Shown here piece by piece: positions 41,182 through 50,543 of a stretch of 57,456 nt of DNA. Made by a program: the position numbers and the translations under genes. Under the pieces are notes generated by a model. The model had not been told where the DNA came from, did no database searches, and was given only the letters and a program-made list of their open reading frames with translations. This DNA comes from a virus (Duplodnaviria; Caudoviricetes): IMG/VR virus record IMGVR_UViG_3300013004_000054, positions 1-57,456 of that record; one strand, written 5' to 3'. Within the stretch, counting starts at the first letter, position 1; every line of letters starts with the position of its first letter.

Positions 41182-42108
41182 CTAACCGATCCAACCTGAC
41201 CGATAATAAACACGTAAAATTGCAGTTGAGTTTACTGCACCTTCGTCAATTAAGGATATGGTGTTTACGCCTGGTGCAAGTTTAATCCAGTCAGCAAGCG
41301 TGTCTATAATAGAACGCGTGCCAGTAGTATCACCGTCAAGTGCAACCTCACGGTCGTAGGTGTCAATTTCAAGATAGCTTCCACCAGGGATTGCATCAAT
41401 AACAAGTAGTAATTCATTTGTTGTAAGATTCTGCAGTGTAGCAGGACCAACAATTGGACCTTGGATCTCAAAAACAGCGGTAACCTCTGTGTTACCAATG
41501 TTATTTACAGAGCCAGAGCCAGTAGCTCCTGTCCCTAAGTTACGACAAGGGATCTCAACAATACTGTAGCCTTCAGGGTCTGCATCGTCCCACTCATACT
41601 TAATAGGATCAGCAGCGCGTAAGCCAATAGAGAACTCCGTGCGTCCGCGCGCGTTTACCGTTTCGATATCTGGGCGACCACTTAAGCGCACGTAGGAAGC
41701 CTTTGGAGGGTCCTCAAAGGTACGCAACCAGGCGCCTGTATAAACTAAACTAGTCGCACGAATAAGTGCATCTCTTGCTGCTGGAACAAATGAAGGGTCC
41801 GGTGGAAGGAACACTCCTTCAAGTGTGAGTTGGCGAGCTTGCCAACGACCTTTAACGTCGTATGAACCGTCACCCCACCCGCGTGTCAGCTCAGGCATTT
41901 CAGGGTCAGGCTGTCCCCACCAACCTTGAATGTTAGTACAAACCCACACAACGTTGTTGTTGTCAATAGTGTTAAGAACAAGATCACCAAGAATGATGTC
42001 AGCGTCCAACTTCATTCCCGTAATGTACGGAGGTGGAAGTGGAGTAAGCGATATGTTTACCGCTTGGTTTTCTTCTGCCTGTAAGATCGGATCTACATAC
42101 TCTGGCAT
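41182..42108 (-). CDS. Distal tail protein (Dit)
   Basis: Follows the tape measure gene; A.DP.KY, N.GN, L.PG.N motifs. Confidence 0.75.
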   Translation of the reverse strand: MPEYVDPILQAEENQAVNISLTPLPPPYITGMKLDADIILGDLVLNTIDNNNVVWVCTNIQGWWGQPDPEMPELTRGWGDGSYDVKGRWQARQLTLEGVFLPPDPSFVPAARDALIRATSLVYTGAWLRTFEDPPKASYVRLSGRPDIETVNARGRTEFSIGLRAADPIKYEWDDADPEGYSIVEIPCRNLGTGATGSGSVNNIGNTEVTAVFEIQGPIVGPATLQNLTTNELLLVIDAIPGGSYLEIDTYDREVALDGDTTGTRSIIDTLADWIKLAPGVNTISLIDEGAVNSTAILRVYYRSGWIG

Positions 42109-45100
42109 TATGCTGCACCCCTACGTGTTTGGAAGGCGATCTGTCGTGAAATCAACGCTGCAAGTTCAACCTCGTCCATTCCTGCTGAAGGATAGACATT
42201 AAATGTTGCGCCTGCTGTTCCGCCCTTAGTTAGCAAGTTAATCATTGCCTTGTCACGCTTTGACAAGCCATCTGGGTCAAGAGGTTCAACACGCTCTGGA
42301 CGACCAGCTTCAGCGATAGTTGCTACTGTTCCGCCGGACGATGGCATAACGATACCACCGGCAGCGAGCTGCACAGGAGAGATCTCACTAAGATTAAAAC
42401 CAATTGCTGGAGTTCTTAGTGGTCCGATACCAATCGACGGGATCTTGATCTTGTTTATTGCTCGAATGATGAAGTTGATACCACTGATAATTGTGTTAAT
42501 TACACCTTGCAGACCAGACTTAAGCCCGTCCCACATTCCACTAGCAGCATTTTTAATCTTTCCACCAATGCCACCAATGAACGCAATGATAGTGTCCCAG
42601 ACACCTTTAATTTTGCCCCAAACGATGTCAAGGCCAGTCTTAAGAACATCCCATACGAACTTTATTGCGCCGGTTACAAGACCAATATAGATCTTGACGC
42701 CCGCAACAATGATGTCCCAGACAAGTTTAATTCCAGCCCAGATAGTTTCAAGCCCAGTCTTAAGAACATCCCAGACAAACTTGATGACTGTTACAAGGGC
42801 ATCAATGTAGAGCTTAACGCCAGTCTTGATAAGTTCCCAAACAAACTTGATACCTTCCCAGACAGCTTCAAGTCCGGTCTTTAGAACGTCCCACACAAAC
42901 GAGTACACGGCGATAAGAGTGTCGATGTATAGTTTGACGCCTGCAACTATTGCGTCCCATACAAACTTAATAGCACCCCAGACAGCTTCAAGTCCAGCTT
43001 TAATTCCGTCCCACATTGTGGAGAATAGGTTGACAAGGAAGTCAACCACGCCGCCAATAATTTCCTTGATCTTTGCCCAAGCCTCTTGAACAAAGTTACG
43101 GAACGCCTCATTCTTGTTGTAAAGAAGAATGAACGCGCCAACAAGAAGAGTGATTGCTAGAAGAATCATACCAAACGGGTTAGTCACAAAAGCTACCTTT
43201 AAGAACTTCATCGCCGTTATCACGCCGCCTATCGCGGTTCTTAGCATGCCAAACATCTTAACGACCGTGTTGTAAGTAATAATTCGTGTGCCAAGCAGGA
43301 TGAGCTGGAACGTCTTCCAGCCAGTCCACATAAGACCAAGGGCAAGGGTTACACCGTGGATATAACCAGAGATCTTTAATAGGAACTGAACAAATTCATT
43401 TTCAAGAATCTTCTTCATTACTTCAGCAACCTTATTTAGAATCTCAAAGAATATCTTAGGACCACTAGAATCAGCAAGCGCAGCGATGATACCAATTATG
43501 TTGGCAACAAGCTCACCAAAGATAGGACCAGTTTCTAAACCAGCTTTTAGAATCTTACCAAAATCAGGTGCTGCTTTTTTAAGCGCGTCCCAGAAACCTT
43601 TAAGATTTGGGTCAGCGCCTAGCTTTAGAAGTTCCTTAACAAATGCGCCAACTGAGCTTAAAATCGACATTGAGTTGGTCGCGGTCCCTGCGAAGTAATC
43701 CTTTAACGCGGCTTGACCAGTGCCGGATCCAGAGAATGCCTCGAACGCTCCAGTGATGTCTCTAAAGTAGTCAAGTAGCATCTGTCCACCGGTGCCAGGA
43801 CCAGTGTTTGCCTTAATGATGTTTCCAAGACCAGACGCGATGTTTCCAATGATTGTTCCAATTTCACCAGCAACGCGACCAGCCTCGTTAAAGAAGTCTG
43901 TAAGTTTTTGTTTATTAGCGTCTTCGTCAAGCCACGCTTCCCACTTGCCGGTGATCTTGTTCAACCAGTCAAGGAACTTCTGAATTAAAGGATCAGCTGC
44001 GACAAGAACACCAAGGAACACACCCCAAAGGTTTCCGGCGATCTCACCGATCTTGCGAATACCTGTTGCAGCATTCTCAAATACCTTACCGAGATCCTCA
44101 AGGTTACCAGCGTCTACGATTGAGTTCGCGATACTTAGTGACGCATCACCAAGTGCGCCTGCCACCTGTTCAATACCAAGTTTAATTGTTGCAAAAGGAA
44201 CAGGACCAAAGATCTTAGCAATAGCCTCTTGAAGTTTAGGCAAGAATGCACCTGCCGCGGCTTCCTTTAGCTCATCAATCTGTGGTTTAAGACTAGAAAT
44301 AAATAGAGCAAACTTTTTCTGTGACTCAGTTAAACCTTCAAGAGGATCAGCCCCGCCGGCAGCGTCTTTCTTTGCAAGGTCTTGTTTAGCTCTTGCTAAC
44401 TCACGGTCAGCATCCTCTTCACGCTCGGCAGCGTCAAGTACAGCTTTATTAGAATCCTTTACTGCCTCTTGAACGCCAACTTCAGCATCAGCGACCTTTT
44501 GGCGAGCATCAATTACAGAGTCAAGACCTTCAACGCCTTCCTTTGCAAGACGGTCCTGCTCCTTGCGAAGATCAGAGTTACGGTCCTTCGCACGACGAAG
44601 ATTAAGATCAGCTTCCTTATACGCAAGTTCAGCTTCGCGACGAGCACGAGAGTTAGGTGGAAGATCCTGAACGCGAGCAAGAGTCTTACGAGCATCTTCA
44701 AGCTCATTAGCTGCGCGTTGTTCAGCAAGTGCTGCATCTTCCGCGTCAAAGTTTATCTGCTGAAGTTCCTCAGCGCCTTCCTTAAGCGCACGGTTAAGAT
44801 CTTTCTGAGCAGTCGTAAGATCTTTCTGAGAATCCTCAAGGTTTTTACTTGCTCGGGCAAGAGCTTCAATGTTATCCGCTTGTACTCTTGCAAGATTACG
44901 TGTTGCGTCTTCAACGCGGCGCTTTGCTGCCGTGTCATCTGTTGCAGCCTTTGTTTGCTGCTTGTTAAGCGCTGCTACAGCTTTTCCAACTCCGCCCAGA
45001 GCAAGTTTAGCTACTGCAGCACCAATACCTACATAGACCAGAGCTCCGCCAAGCGCCATAGCAGAAGGAGTGGCGGACAATAGTGCAGCCCCAAGTGATA

Positions 45101-45410
45101 CAAGACCACTTACGAGTGCGCCAATGGTACCACCGAGGACACCGAGAGAAGTCTGCAGAACATAACCTGCACGAGAAAGACTAGCATACGCCTTTTGCGC
45201 AGATACAGCTTTCTTTAGTTGCTCGTTAGTATACTTGCCAGCACCACTGGGACCAAATGCTTGTCCAAACGCGCCTGCGTAAACCTTTCCAGCTCGTCGT
45301 CCTGCTGTTCTTGCAGTTCCATCTAGTCTTTTAAGATCGCGCGCTACGGCGCCTTCGAAGCCCGCCGTAATTGGACGAACGATTACAAATGCCTCGCCTA
45401 ATACTGCCAC
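42108..45410 (-). CDS. Tape measure protein
   Basis: 1100 aa; coiled-coil region, Trp-periodic 11/22-aa repeats, LA.GGI...AEAG.PE C-terminal motif. Confidence 0.9.
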   Translation of the reverse strand: MAVLGEAFVIVRPITAGFEGAVARDLKRLDGTARTAGRRAGKVYAGAFGQAFGPSGAGKYTNEQLKKAVSAQKAYASLSRAGYVLQTSLGVLGGTIGALVSGLVSLGAALLSATPSAMALGGALVYVGIGAAVAKLALGGVGKAVAALNKQQTKAATDDTAAKRRVEDATRNLARVQADNIEALARASKNLEDSQKDLTTAQKDLNRALKEGAEELQQINFDAEDAALAEQRAANELEDARKTLARVQDLPPNSRARREAELAYKEADLNLRRAKDRNSDLRKEQDRLAKEGVEGLDSVIDARQKVADAEVGVQEAVKDSNKAVLDAAEREEDADRELARAKQDLAKKDAAGGADPLEGLTESQKKFALFISSLKPQIDELKEAAAGAFLPKLQEAIAKIFGPVPFATIKLGIEQVAGALGDASLSIANSIVDAGNLEDLGKVFENAATGIRKIGEIAGNLWGVFLGVLVAADPLIQKFLDWLNKITGKWEAWLDEDANKQKLTDFFNEAGRVAGEIGTIIGNIASGLGNIIKANTGPGTGGQMLLDYFRDITGAFEAFSGSGTGQAALKDYFAGTATNSMSILSSVGAFVKELLKLGADPNLKGFWDALKKAAPDFGKILKAGLETGPIFGELVANIIGIIAALADSSGPKIFFEILNKVAEVMKKILENEFVQFLLKISGYIHGVTLALGLMWTGWKTFQLILLGTRIITYNTVVKMFGMLRTAIGGVITAMKFLKVAFVTNPFGMILLAITLLVGAFILLYNKNEAFRNFVQEAWAKIKEIIGGVVDFLVNLFSTMWDGIKAGLEAVWGAIKFVWDAIVAGVKLYIDTLIAVYSFVWDVLKTGLEAVWEGIKFVWELIKTGVKLYIDALVTVIKFVWDVLKTGLETIWAGIKLVWDIIVAGVKIYIGLVTGAIKFVWDVLKTGLDIVWGKIKGVWDTIIAFIGGIGGKIKNAASGMWDGLKSGLQGVINTIISGINFIIRAINKIKIPSIGIGPLRTPAIGFNLSEISPVQLAAGGIVMPSSGGTVATIAEAGRPERVEPLDPDGLSKRDKAMINLLTKGGTAGATFNVYPSAGMDEVELAALISRQIAFQTRRGAA

Positions 45411-45447
45411 GGTGTCACCTCCTTTCTACTATTACGTTAGAAATATG

Positions 45448-45870
45448 TTAGCGCTCGAAAGGAGCGTCTAACACACTTCCAAATGGTCGTTGTGAATCCG
45501 GATTTAGCTGTGTTGGAGCTACATACGGTTTCGTTCTTATTGCTGGGTTGAATGGTTCGATTGGCGCTTCTTGCGGAGTGTCAATGTCTTCAGTTTCAGA
45601 GAAGTCACGCGTTGTGCCACCAGATCTACCGTACTTATACGACCTATTGTATAGGTTTTGGTATACTGACGACCTAGTCTTATCACGCGCTTCAGCTTGC
45701 TCTGCAGTGCTGAAATCCATATCATCTTCGAAGAAGTAGTGAAGAACGTCTAACATGTCATCAAATTCCATGCTTGCGAGTTGAAGTCCATTCACTAGTG
45801 CTCTTCCATTCACATACGGCCAGAGGTCAATCCCCCACTCTAGGAGACTTCTGGCCCCTCCGTAGGGCGG
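45448..45870 (-). CDS. Tail assembly chaperone extension (gpGT-like), probably reached by -1 frameshift
   Basis: The -1 frame is open across the TAC stop (PYGGARSLLEWGIDLWPYVNGR...); no clear RBS at 45813; lies just before the tape measure gene. Confidence 0.6.
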   Translation of the reverse strand, partial: PPYGGARSLLEWGIDLWPYVNGRALVNGLQLASMEFDDMLDVLHYFFEDDMDFSTAEQAEARDKTRSSVYQNLYNRSYKYGRSGGTTRDFSETEDIDTPQEAPIEPFNPAIRTKPYVAPTQLNPDSQRPFGSVLDAPFER

Positions 45871-46187
45871 CCTGAGTATTCCTCAACTAACCATGCTGTT
45901 ATCTCTGCGAGAGTCTCAACTGTGACAATACGGTTTTTATCTGTAAGAAGCTCTTGAAAGCGGTCGTAGTCTTCATCTAGGACTACTTGCTTAAAGAACG
46001 TGGTAACGACTCCAGCTGCTTTAACTGGGTCATCTGCTGATGAATCGGCAACAAGGTCAAGCATAAGCTTTCCTTGCACCTGTGGCACACAGCGATATTC
46101 CTCGCCGTATAGCTTAAACGACAATGGTTCCTTTGAAGCGTCGCTACCGCTTCCGGTTCCAAAGTCCTTGAATCTAGGATTGGTCAT
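45840..46187 (-). CDS. Tail assembly chaperone (gpG-like)
   Basis: Position; ends WLVEEYSGRPT, typical of actinophage TACs. Confidence 0.75.
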   Translation of the reverse strand: MTNPRFKDFGTGSGSDASKEPLSFKLYGEEYRCVPQVQGKLMLDLVADSSADDPVKAAGVVTTFFKQVVLDEDYDRFQELLTDKNRIVTVETLAEITAWLVEEYSGRPTEGPEVS

Positions 46188-46210
46188 ATTCTCTTTCCTC
46201 TTTTGTCATT

Positions 46211-46251
46211 GAGACGTGCGTCTCGTTGTTGTTGTTGTTGCTATCCTATCA
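46211..46251 (-). promoter_or_regulatory. Extended -10 (TGATAGGAT), followed by (CAA)5 and a GAGAC/GTCTC hairpin in the TAC leader
   Basis: Direct reading: 46243-46251, 46225-46240 and 46211-46224. Confidence 0.4.
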
Positions 46252-46638
46252 AAGTACCGCAATATAGAGGTTATCTGTGAGGTACTTATTAGGTCTTGTT
46301 CCAGGATGTTTCACTGCCCTTGTGTAGACAACTCGACCTCCTGATGTAAACCGCAGAACTTGCGCTCTGTTGGCTACAATTAGATGTGGTTTTGTTCCTT
46401 CATGATGAATACGTGCATAGTTAAGGTTAGAACCAACTTTTATGTACTGTCCGAGCATGTCACGTGAATGTCTCATGTGAATTGACGCCTTAAGTCTTCC
46501 AGTGCTAACACCGACCTGCGCCTTAGATGCTACGACAATCATGCGACCGCGACTAGCTAGGTGACGTCCGACCATGCCTGCTGGATTATTAAGTACATAA
46601 TCCATGACTGGTGCATTTGGAACAAACTTGACTACCAT
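46249..46638 (-). CDS. HK97 gp10-like neck/tail-completion protein
   Basis: V.TGRL..SI, YA...HEGT.PH, V.HPGT motifs. Confidence 0.7.
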   Translation of the reverse strand: MVVKFVPNAPVMDYVLNNPAGMVGRHLASRGRMIVVASKAQVGVSTGRLKASIHMRHSRDMLGQYIKVGSNLNYARIHHEGTKPHLIVANRAQVLRFTSGGRVVYTRAVKHPGTRPNKYLTDNLYIAVL

Positions 46639-47141
46639 TATGGAACCACCATTGTGATGTTCATGTTGATTACCTGAAAACCACCTTCAGCAGTAGGAGC
46701 ATCAATCGTTGCGATAACACCCATACCTAAACTTGTCTCATCCCATACATCAAGAGTTTTCATTGCGTCCATAAGTACCCATGCATCAACCGCCGAGATG
46801 TATGAACCTTCTTGAATCTTTTCATCTGCAGGAGGACGACCATTTTGTCCAACTGTAGGAATAGGGCGAGCAAGGGAGATCTGAAGAACAGCGGATTTTG
46901 GCATATTGCAACGTTGTGGCTGTGACGCTTGGTCACCAGGAGTTCCAAGGTACATCTGAATAAAGGACACGACGAGTTGCTCGCAGTCAATTACAGGATT
47001 TCCCATTGTCCAATACTGACGAGAAGGAAGTGGAACACTATATGAGGTAAATACTGAGACAACTCGTTCGAGGACGCCGTCCATCATATCTTTAAGGTTT
47101 AGCGCATCGGAGGTAACATTATCAATGCTAGTTATTGGCAC
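46638..47141 (-). CDS. Putative tail terminator
   Basis: GGAGG RBS; position in the neck module; DCEQL.V motif. Confidence 0.55.
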   Translation of the reverse strand: MPITSIDNVTSDALNLKDMMDGVLERVVSVFTSYSVPLPSRQYWTMGNPVIDCEQLVVSFIQMYLGTPGDQASQPQRCNMPKSAVLQISLARPIPTVGQNGRPPADEKIQEGSYISAVDAWVLMDAMKTLDVWDETSLGMGVIATIDAPTAEGGFQVINMNITMVVP

Positions 47142-47229
47142 TGGAGACCTCCTCTAAAGCTCCTATGGAATTAGCCATTGGTGCTCCTGAAAGTGTCTCT
47201 AAGCCCTTCTGAGTGCCTGTGTCTACCAT
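47128..47229 (-). CDS. Possible 33-aa small ORF (MVDTGTQKGLETLSGAPMANSIGALEEVSSANN)
   Basis: AAGGAG 7 nt before the ATG; fills an intergenic gap and overlaps the next start; no recognisable motif. Confidence 0.3.
   Translation of the reverse strand: MVDTGTQKGLETLSGAPMANSIGALEEVSSANN
47188..47218. repeat. Dispersed 31-bp repeat, copy 2
   Basis: 27/31 identity to 21186..21216. Confidence 0.7.
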
Positions 47230-47253
47230 CGTTTTGCTCCTTTTGTCGTTGTT

Positions 47254-48393
47254 TTATTCAGAACCAATGGTAAACGCGGTAACACTTGAACGTCCAAGGT
47301 TTACCGACAAATTGCCATCACATACAAAAACTGTCTCTGTTTGTCCCGGGTTAATTGGGCTTGGCCGTGAGGCGTATAGATCCCATGACCCAGGGTCAAC
47401 CATTCCAAGAATCGCAAGTGTACTTGCGTAGTCTACACTAAATGTAATCTTTTCAGTGGCGGTGATTACATTGACACCATCATCAATAACCTTTGATTTT
47501 GTTTCGCCATAGTTGCGAATAGTCAGCTCAGTTGTCCACCCGTTATCTAAAAGGAAGTCAGCGTTTAGATACTCGAGTGTCACAGTAGTTACACCTGTTC
47601 CACCTGCTGGAACGCTAATGTCTAGCGCACTTGTCCCAACCTTAGGCGTCTTAGTTGTGTAACGACGAGCACGAGGAACATCTGGTGAGAATACACGTGA
47701 ACGTGCACGAGCCTTGTCTGGGTTTACAGACTTAAGGAATAGGTCTACCGCATAGATACCGGTCTTCAGCTCTTCGATGAAGTCCTGGCTGTCTAGAAGT
47801 GTGTATGAGACACCTTGACGTGAAATCGATGTGACACGTTGAGGTAATGCACAATCATCATCTCCGGACCACAACTTAGCAAACTCAATTGCTAACGTGC
47901 GAGCTGCCATCTTTCCAGATGTTGGCGGGTAGTTACCGTATGAGTACGTAATCTCGATGTTGCACGGAGTCCAAGGGACGCCTGCCGCAGCTTGAATTGT
48001 TGAGTGATCTACAAGATAATAAGATGAAGGGTCAACGATGTCGCCGCTACGTGTACGTATAGTATGAATCTTTGTTACTGGGCGACCACGAAGTTTAATG
48101 CGTGAGTTAGGGGACATTCCATCAGAAACAATGTCTGAGAAGTCGTCAAATTCCTCGGTAGGAATGTTGTAAATATCACCGTTAAGAATCGCAGGTTGAT
48201 ACGTCTTGCTCGAGGCGCCAAGTCGGTAAGATCTTTGGGCGCAAACATAGCGTTCAGTTACTGTTGTTACTCCGCTGAACTTTCTTCCAGACATAGCCCA
48301 TAGAAGATTAGAGGCTGTCTTGCAAGCTTCGTAAGCAAACTCTGAATCGGCATAACTGCCTAATTCTTCAGGTGTAATCCATAGATTGCTCAA
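47254..48393 (-). CDS. Head-to-tail adaptor with C-terminal extra beta domain
   Basis: AS..LWA.SGR.F, LA.E.AK...C.LP.RVTSI.RQGVS, TG...VD.F motifs. Confidence 0.8.
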   Translation of the reverse strand: MSNLWITPEELGSYADSEFAYEACKTASNLLWAMSGRKFSGVTTVTERYVCAQRSYRLGASSKTYQPAILNGDIYNIPTEEFDDFSDIVSDGMSPNSRIKLRGRPVTKIHTIRTRSGDIVDPSSYYLVDHSTIQAAAGVPWTPCNIEITYSYGNYPPTSGKMAARTLAIEFAKLWSGDDDCALPQRVTSISRQGVSYTLLDSQDFIEELKTGIYAVDLFLKSVNPDKARARSRVFSPDVPRARRYTTKTPKVGTSALDISVPAGGTGVTTVTLEYLNADFLLDNGWTTELTIRNYGETKSKVIDDGVNVITATEKITFSVDYASTLAILGMVDPGSWDLYASRPSPINPGQTETVFVCDGNLSVNLGRSSVTAFTIGSE

Positions 48394-48428
48394 TTGTCGT
48401 CCTTCACTAAGCTACTTGTCCTATTAGT

Positions 48429-48480
48429 AAAACGAGCGGTGTACCTGTGTACGTATATTTACACATCGGCACACCGCCCG
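48429..48480 (-). terminator. Intrinsic terminator after the major tail gene
   Basis: On the - strand, a 13-bp stem (2 G-U pairs) plus a 6-bp upper stem, followed by UUUU. Confidence 0.75.
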
Positions 48481-48490
48481 TACTACTTAA

Positions 48491-49537
48491 CTACGCTGTT
48501 GGGTCCTCAGTTGACGCGATGATGAAGTCAACGTCGTCATCTGCGTTGTACGCAACGTTACCTGGAACGTTGTACTCGCTTGTTGAGCCTTGTGATGTAA
48601 AGTCAGTGACTTGACGTCCGTTGGCAGAAACAAGAGCTGTTCCACTGTCTGCTGTAGAGGCAATGGTTCCAGTCGTTGTAGTTGTGTAGGTAAACGTTGT
48701 TGTTGTTGGCACTGCAGTAATGGTATGTGTACCATTGAGAGCAGTGTTAGTTAGACCTGAAACTACTACAGTATCGCCAGCTTCAAATGTGTGAGCTGTT
48801 GACGTAGTAACTGTTGCAGTCGTGCTCGTGCGAGCAACGTTTGAAACAGTCTTTGTAATGTCTCCGTGCCACTTGTAGAATCCTTCGCGACCAGTCGGTG
48901 CCCATGTTGAACGTGCATATGAGTATGGACGCTCTGTAGCAACTGGGAATTCCCAGCGCTCATCTAGGCCGATATTGAATAGCGAGTTTCCTAGGCCGTA
49001 ACCTTCGAAGGTGTTAGCAAGAAGACCGTTTTCAATAACGCGGTCACCTGACTGACGAACCTTGACGTATGGGAATACCCAGTGGAAGTAAGGAAGAGTT
49101 GCGCTCTTTTTTCCATCCTTGATTGCATGTGACCAAACTTCAATAGCAACACCTGTTGCTGCAGGATCGTCACCAACTGCTGGTGAAGACCAACCGATTG
49201 ACTTACGGTTTGGTGCTGCATACGATCCGAGGTTCTTGCGAAGCAAGAGACCACCAGAAAGAAGCTGTGTAAGTTCTGGATCTGGCTCGCAAATTGCGAG
49301 TTCCATTGTGATACGCTTTAGCGTATCTGGAGACTTGTAAACCACACAAATAACGCCATTAGCGTTCTTTTCTGTGATCTCATCTCCTTCTTCGTATTCA
49401 GGCGTGAACGACACGCGGATGAAAGCTGATGTTGTGTAGCTGTCACCTGGTTCATTCAGAAGATTACCGGCCGCATCGAGGCGAGTAACCCGAATGGACA
49501 CGCCTTGAATACTTGCGGCGTAATCTTGAGTTGCCAT
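48491..49537 (-). CDS. Major tail (tube) protein with an FCCH-like C-terminal module
   Basis: RVTRLD..G, EYE.G.EI..KNANG..C, C..DP motifs of actinophage major tail proteins; AAGGAG RBS. Confidence 0.85.
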   Translation of the reverse strand: MATQDYAASIQGVSIRVTRLDAAGNLLNEPGDSYTTSAFIRVSFTPEYEEGDEITEKNANGVICVVYKSPDTLKRITMELAICEPDPELTQLLSGGLLLRKNLGSYAAPNRKSIGWSSPAVGDDPAATGVAIEVWSHAIKDGKKSATLPYFHWVFPYVKVRQSGDRVIENGLLANTFEGYGLGNSLFNIGLDERWEFPVATERPYSYARSTWAPTGREGFYKWHGDITKTVSNVARTSTTATVTTSTAHTFEAGDTVVVSGLTNTALNGTHTITAVPTTTTFTYTTTTTGTIASTADSGTALVSANGRQVTDFTSQGSTSEYNVPGNVAYNADDDVDFIIASTEDPTA

Positions 49538-49584
49538 GTCTACTTTTCTCCTTGTTTATTTATTTGCTAGCGGTATAGGTAATA

Positions 49585-50454
49585 CTACGCCGTTAGATCG
49601 ACTCTGACTGCGATATGAACAGATGAATCAAAGTAAACCGCCGCTGGGCGAATTGCCTTGATACGCATATCGTTTTGATTGCCTGATACATCGTAGCCCT
49701 GTGCTAGAGTGTCAGTTACGACATCGATGTCGCCAAGAAATGTCTTGACTGAACCGGTGCCGTACATCCATTTGTTTGTTGCTGACGCTGTTGCGCCTGT
49801 CACCTCGTCTGGGCCTGCTCCAGAATAACCTGAACCAATGATAATCTTGGTCCCGCTGATTGTCTGAAGGTGACCTGACTCACTGTGAAAAATCATGTAG
49901 TTAGCTGCAAGAAGACCTGCAGCGTCTTTTGTCATGTGAATGACGCCATTTTCTCCGCAAGGGGAGGTATCTGCTAGCTCAAAATCTAAAAGTGCAAGTG
50001 CACGTTGGACAGATAGCGCAGTTGTGCCATTGATAAGTGTGGTGTTTGCATCACTAAGCGCTTTATTATCGTGGCTCTCACCTTTTCTAATCGCGCCGTC
50101 CCAGAGCTCGCGCTCCATCGCCTTCTGCGTTACTCCTTCAAGTTGGCGCTTAACTCTTGCTACATAATCAAAACTAGTAAAGCCTAATGTTGAGCGATAA
50201 TCTTCAGCTTCAATAAAAAATGGTTTAACTTCAACGTATCGGTATCGTCCAGGTACCGCGTCTCCGGCAACAACTGCAGATGTAGTATCTGTGTCATCCC
50301 AGTTCTTTGCAGAGAAGATGTCAGTGTCCCACTCTTGCGAGAATCCTCGGGTCCATTGATCTTCGTTTGGACGAGTGTTAGGCTTTGCTACGGTGAATAG
50401 ACCGAACTCTGAAGGCATAATTTTCGGTGCTTCAAAGACTCCTGTAAACGCCAT
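49585..50454 (-). CDS. Second capsid protein (probable major capsid pentamer protein)
   Basis: Lies between the large capsid gene and the major tail gene; GLF, PF..., E..LW.G, G.IH, G.GY, W.Y.TG.V pattern as in cluster-B-like phages. Confidence 0.6.
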   Translation of the reverse strand: MAFTGVFEAPKIMPSEFGLFTVAKPNTRPNEDQWTRGFSQEWDTDIFSAKNWDDTDTTSAVVAGDAVPGRYRYVEVKPFFIEAEDYRSTLGFTSFDYVARVKRQLEGVTQKAMERELWDGAIRKGESHDNKALSDANTTLINGTTALSVQRALALLDFELADTSPCGENGVIHMTKDAAGLLAANYMIFHSESGHLQTISGTKIIIGSGYSGAGPDEVTGATASATNKWMYGTGSVKTFLGDIDVVTDTLAQGYDVSGNQNDMRIKAIRPAAVYFDSSVHIAVRVDLTA

Positions 50455-50497
50455 GTTTTCCTTTTCCTAACCTGTTATCTCGTTACCTATTCGTATC

Positions 50498-50523
50498 GGG
50501 GGAGCCCGTTTCCAGGCTCCCCC
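50498..50523 (-). terminator. GC-rich stem-loop between the two capsid genes
   Basis: GGGGGAGCC / GGCTCCCCC 9-bp stem, 8-nt loop, no U-tract. Confidence 0.55.
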
Positions 50524-50543
50524 TCAACGACTGTTCTATCGGC

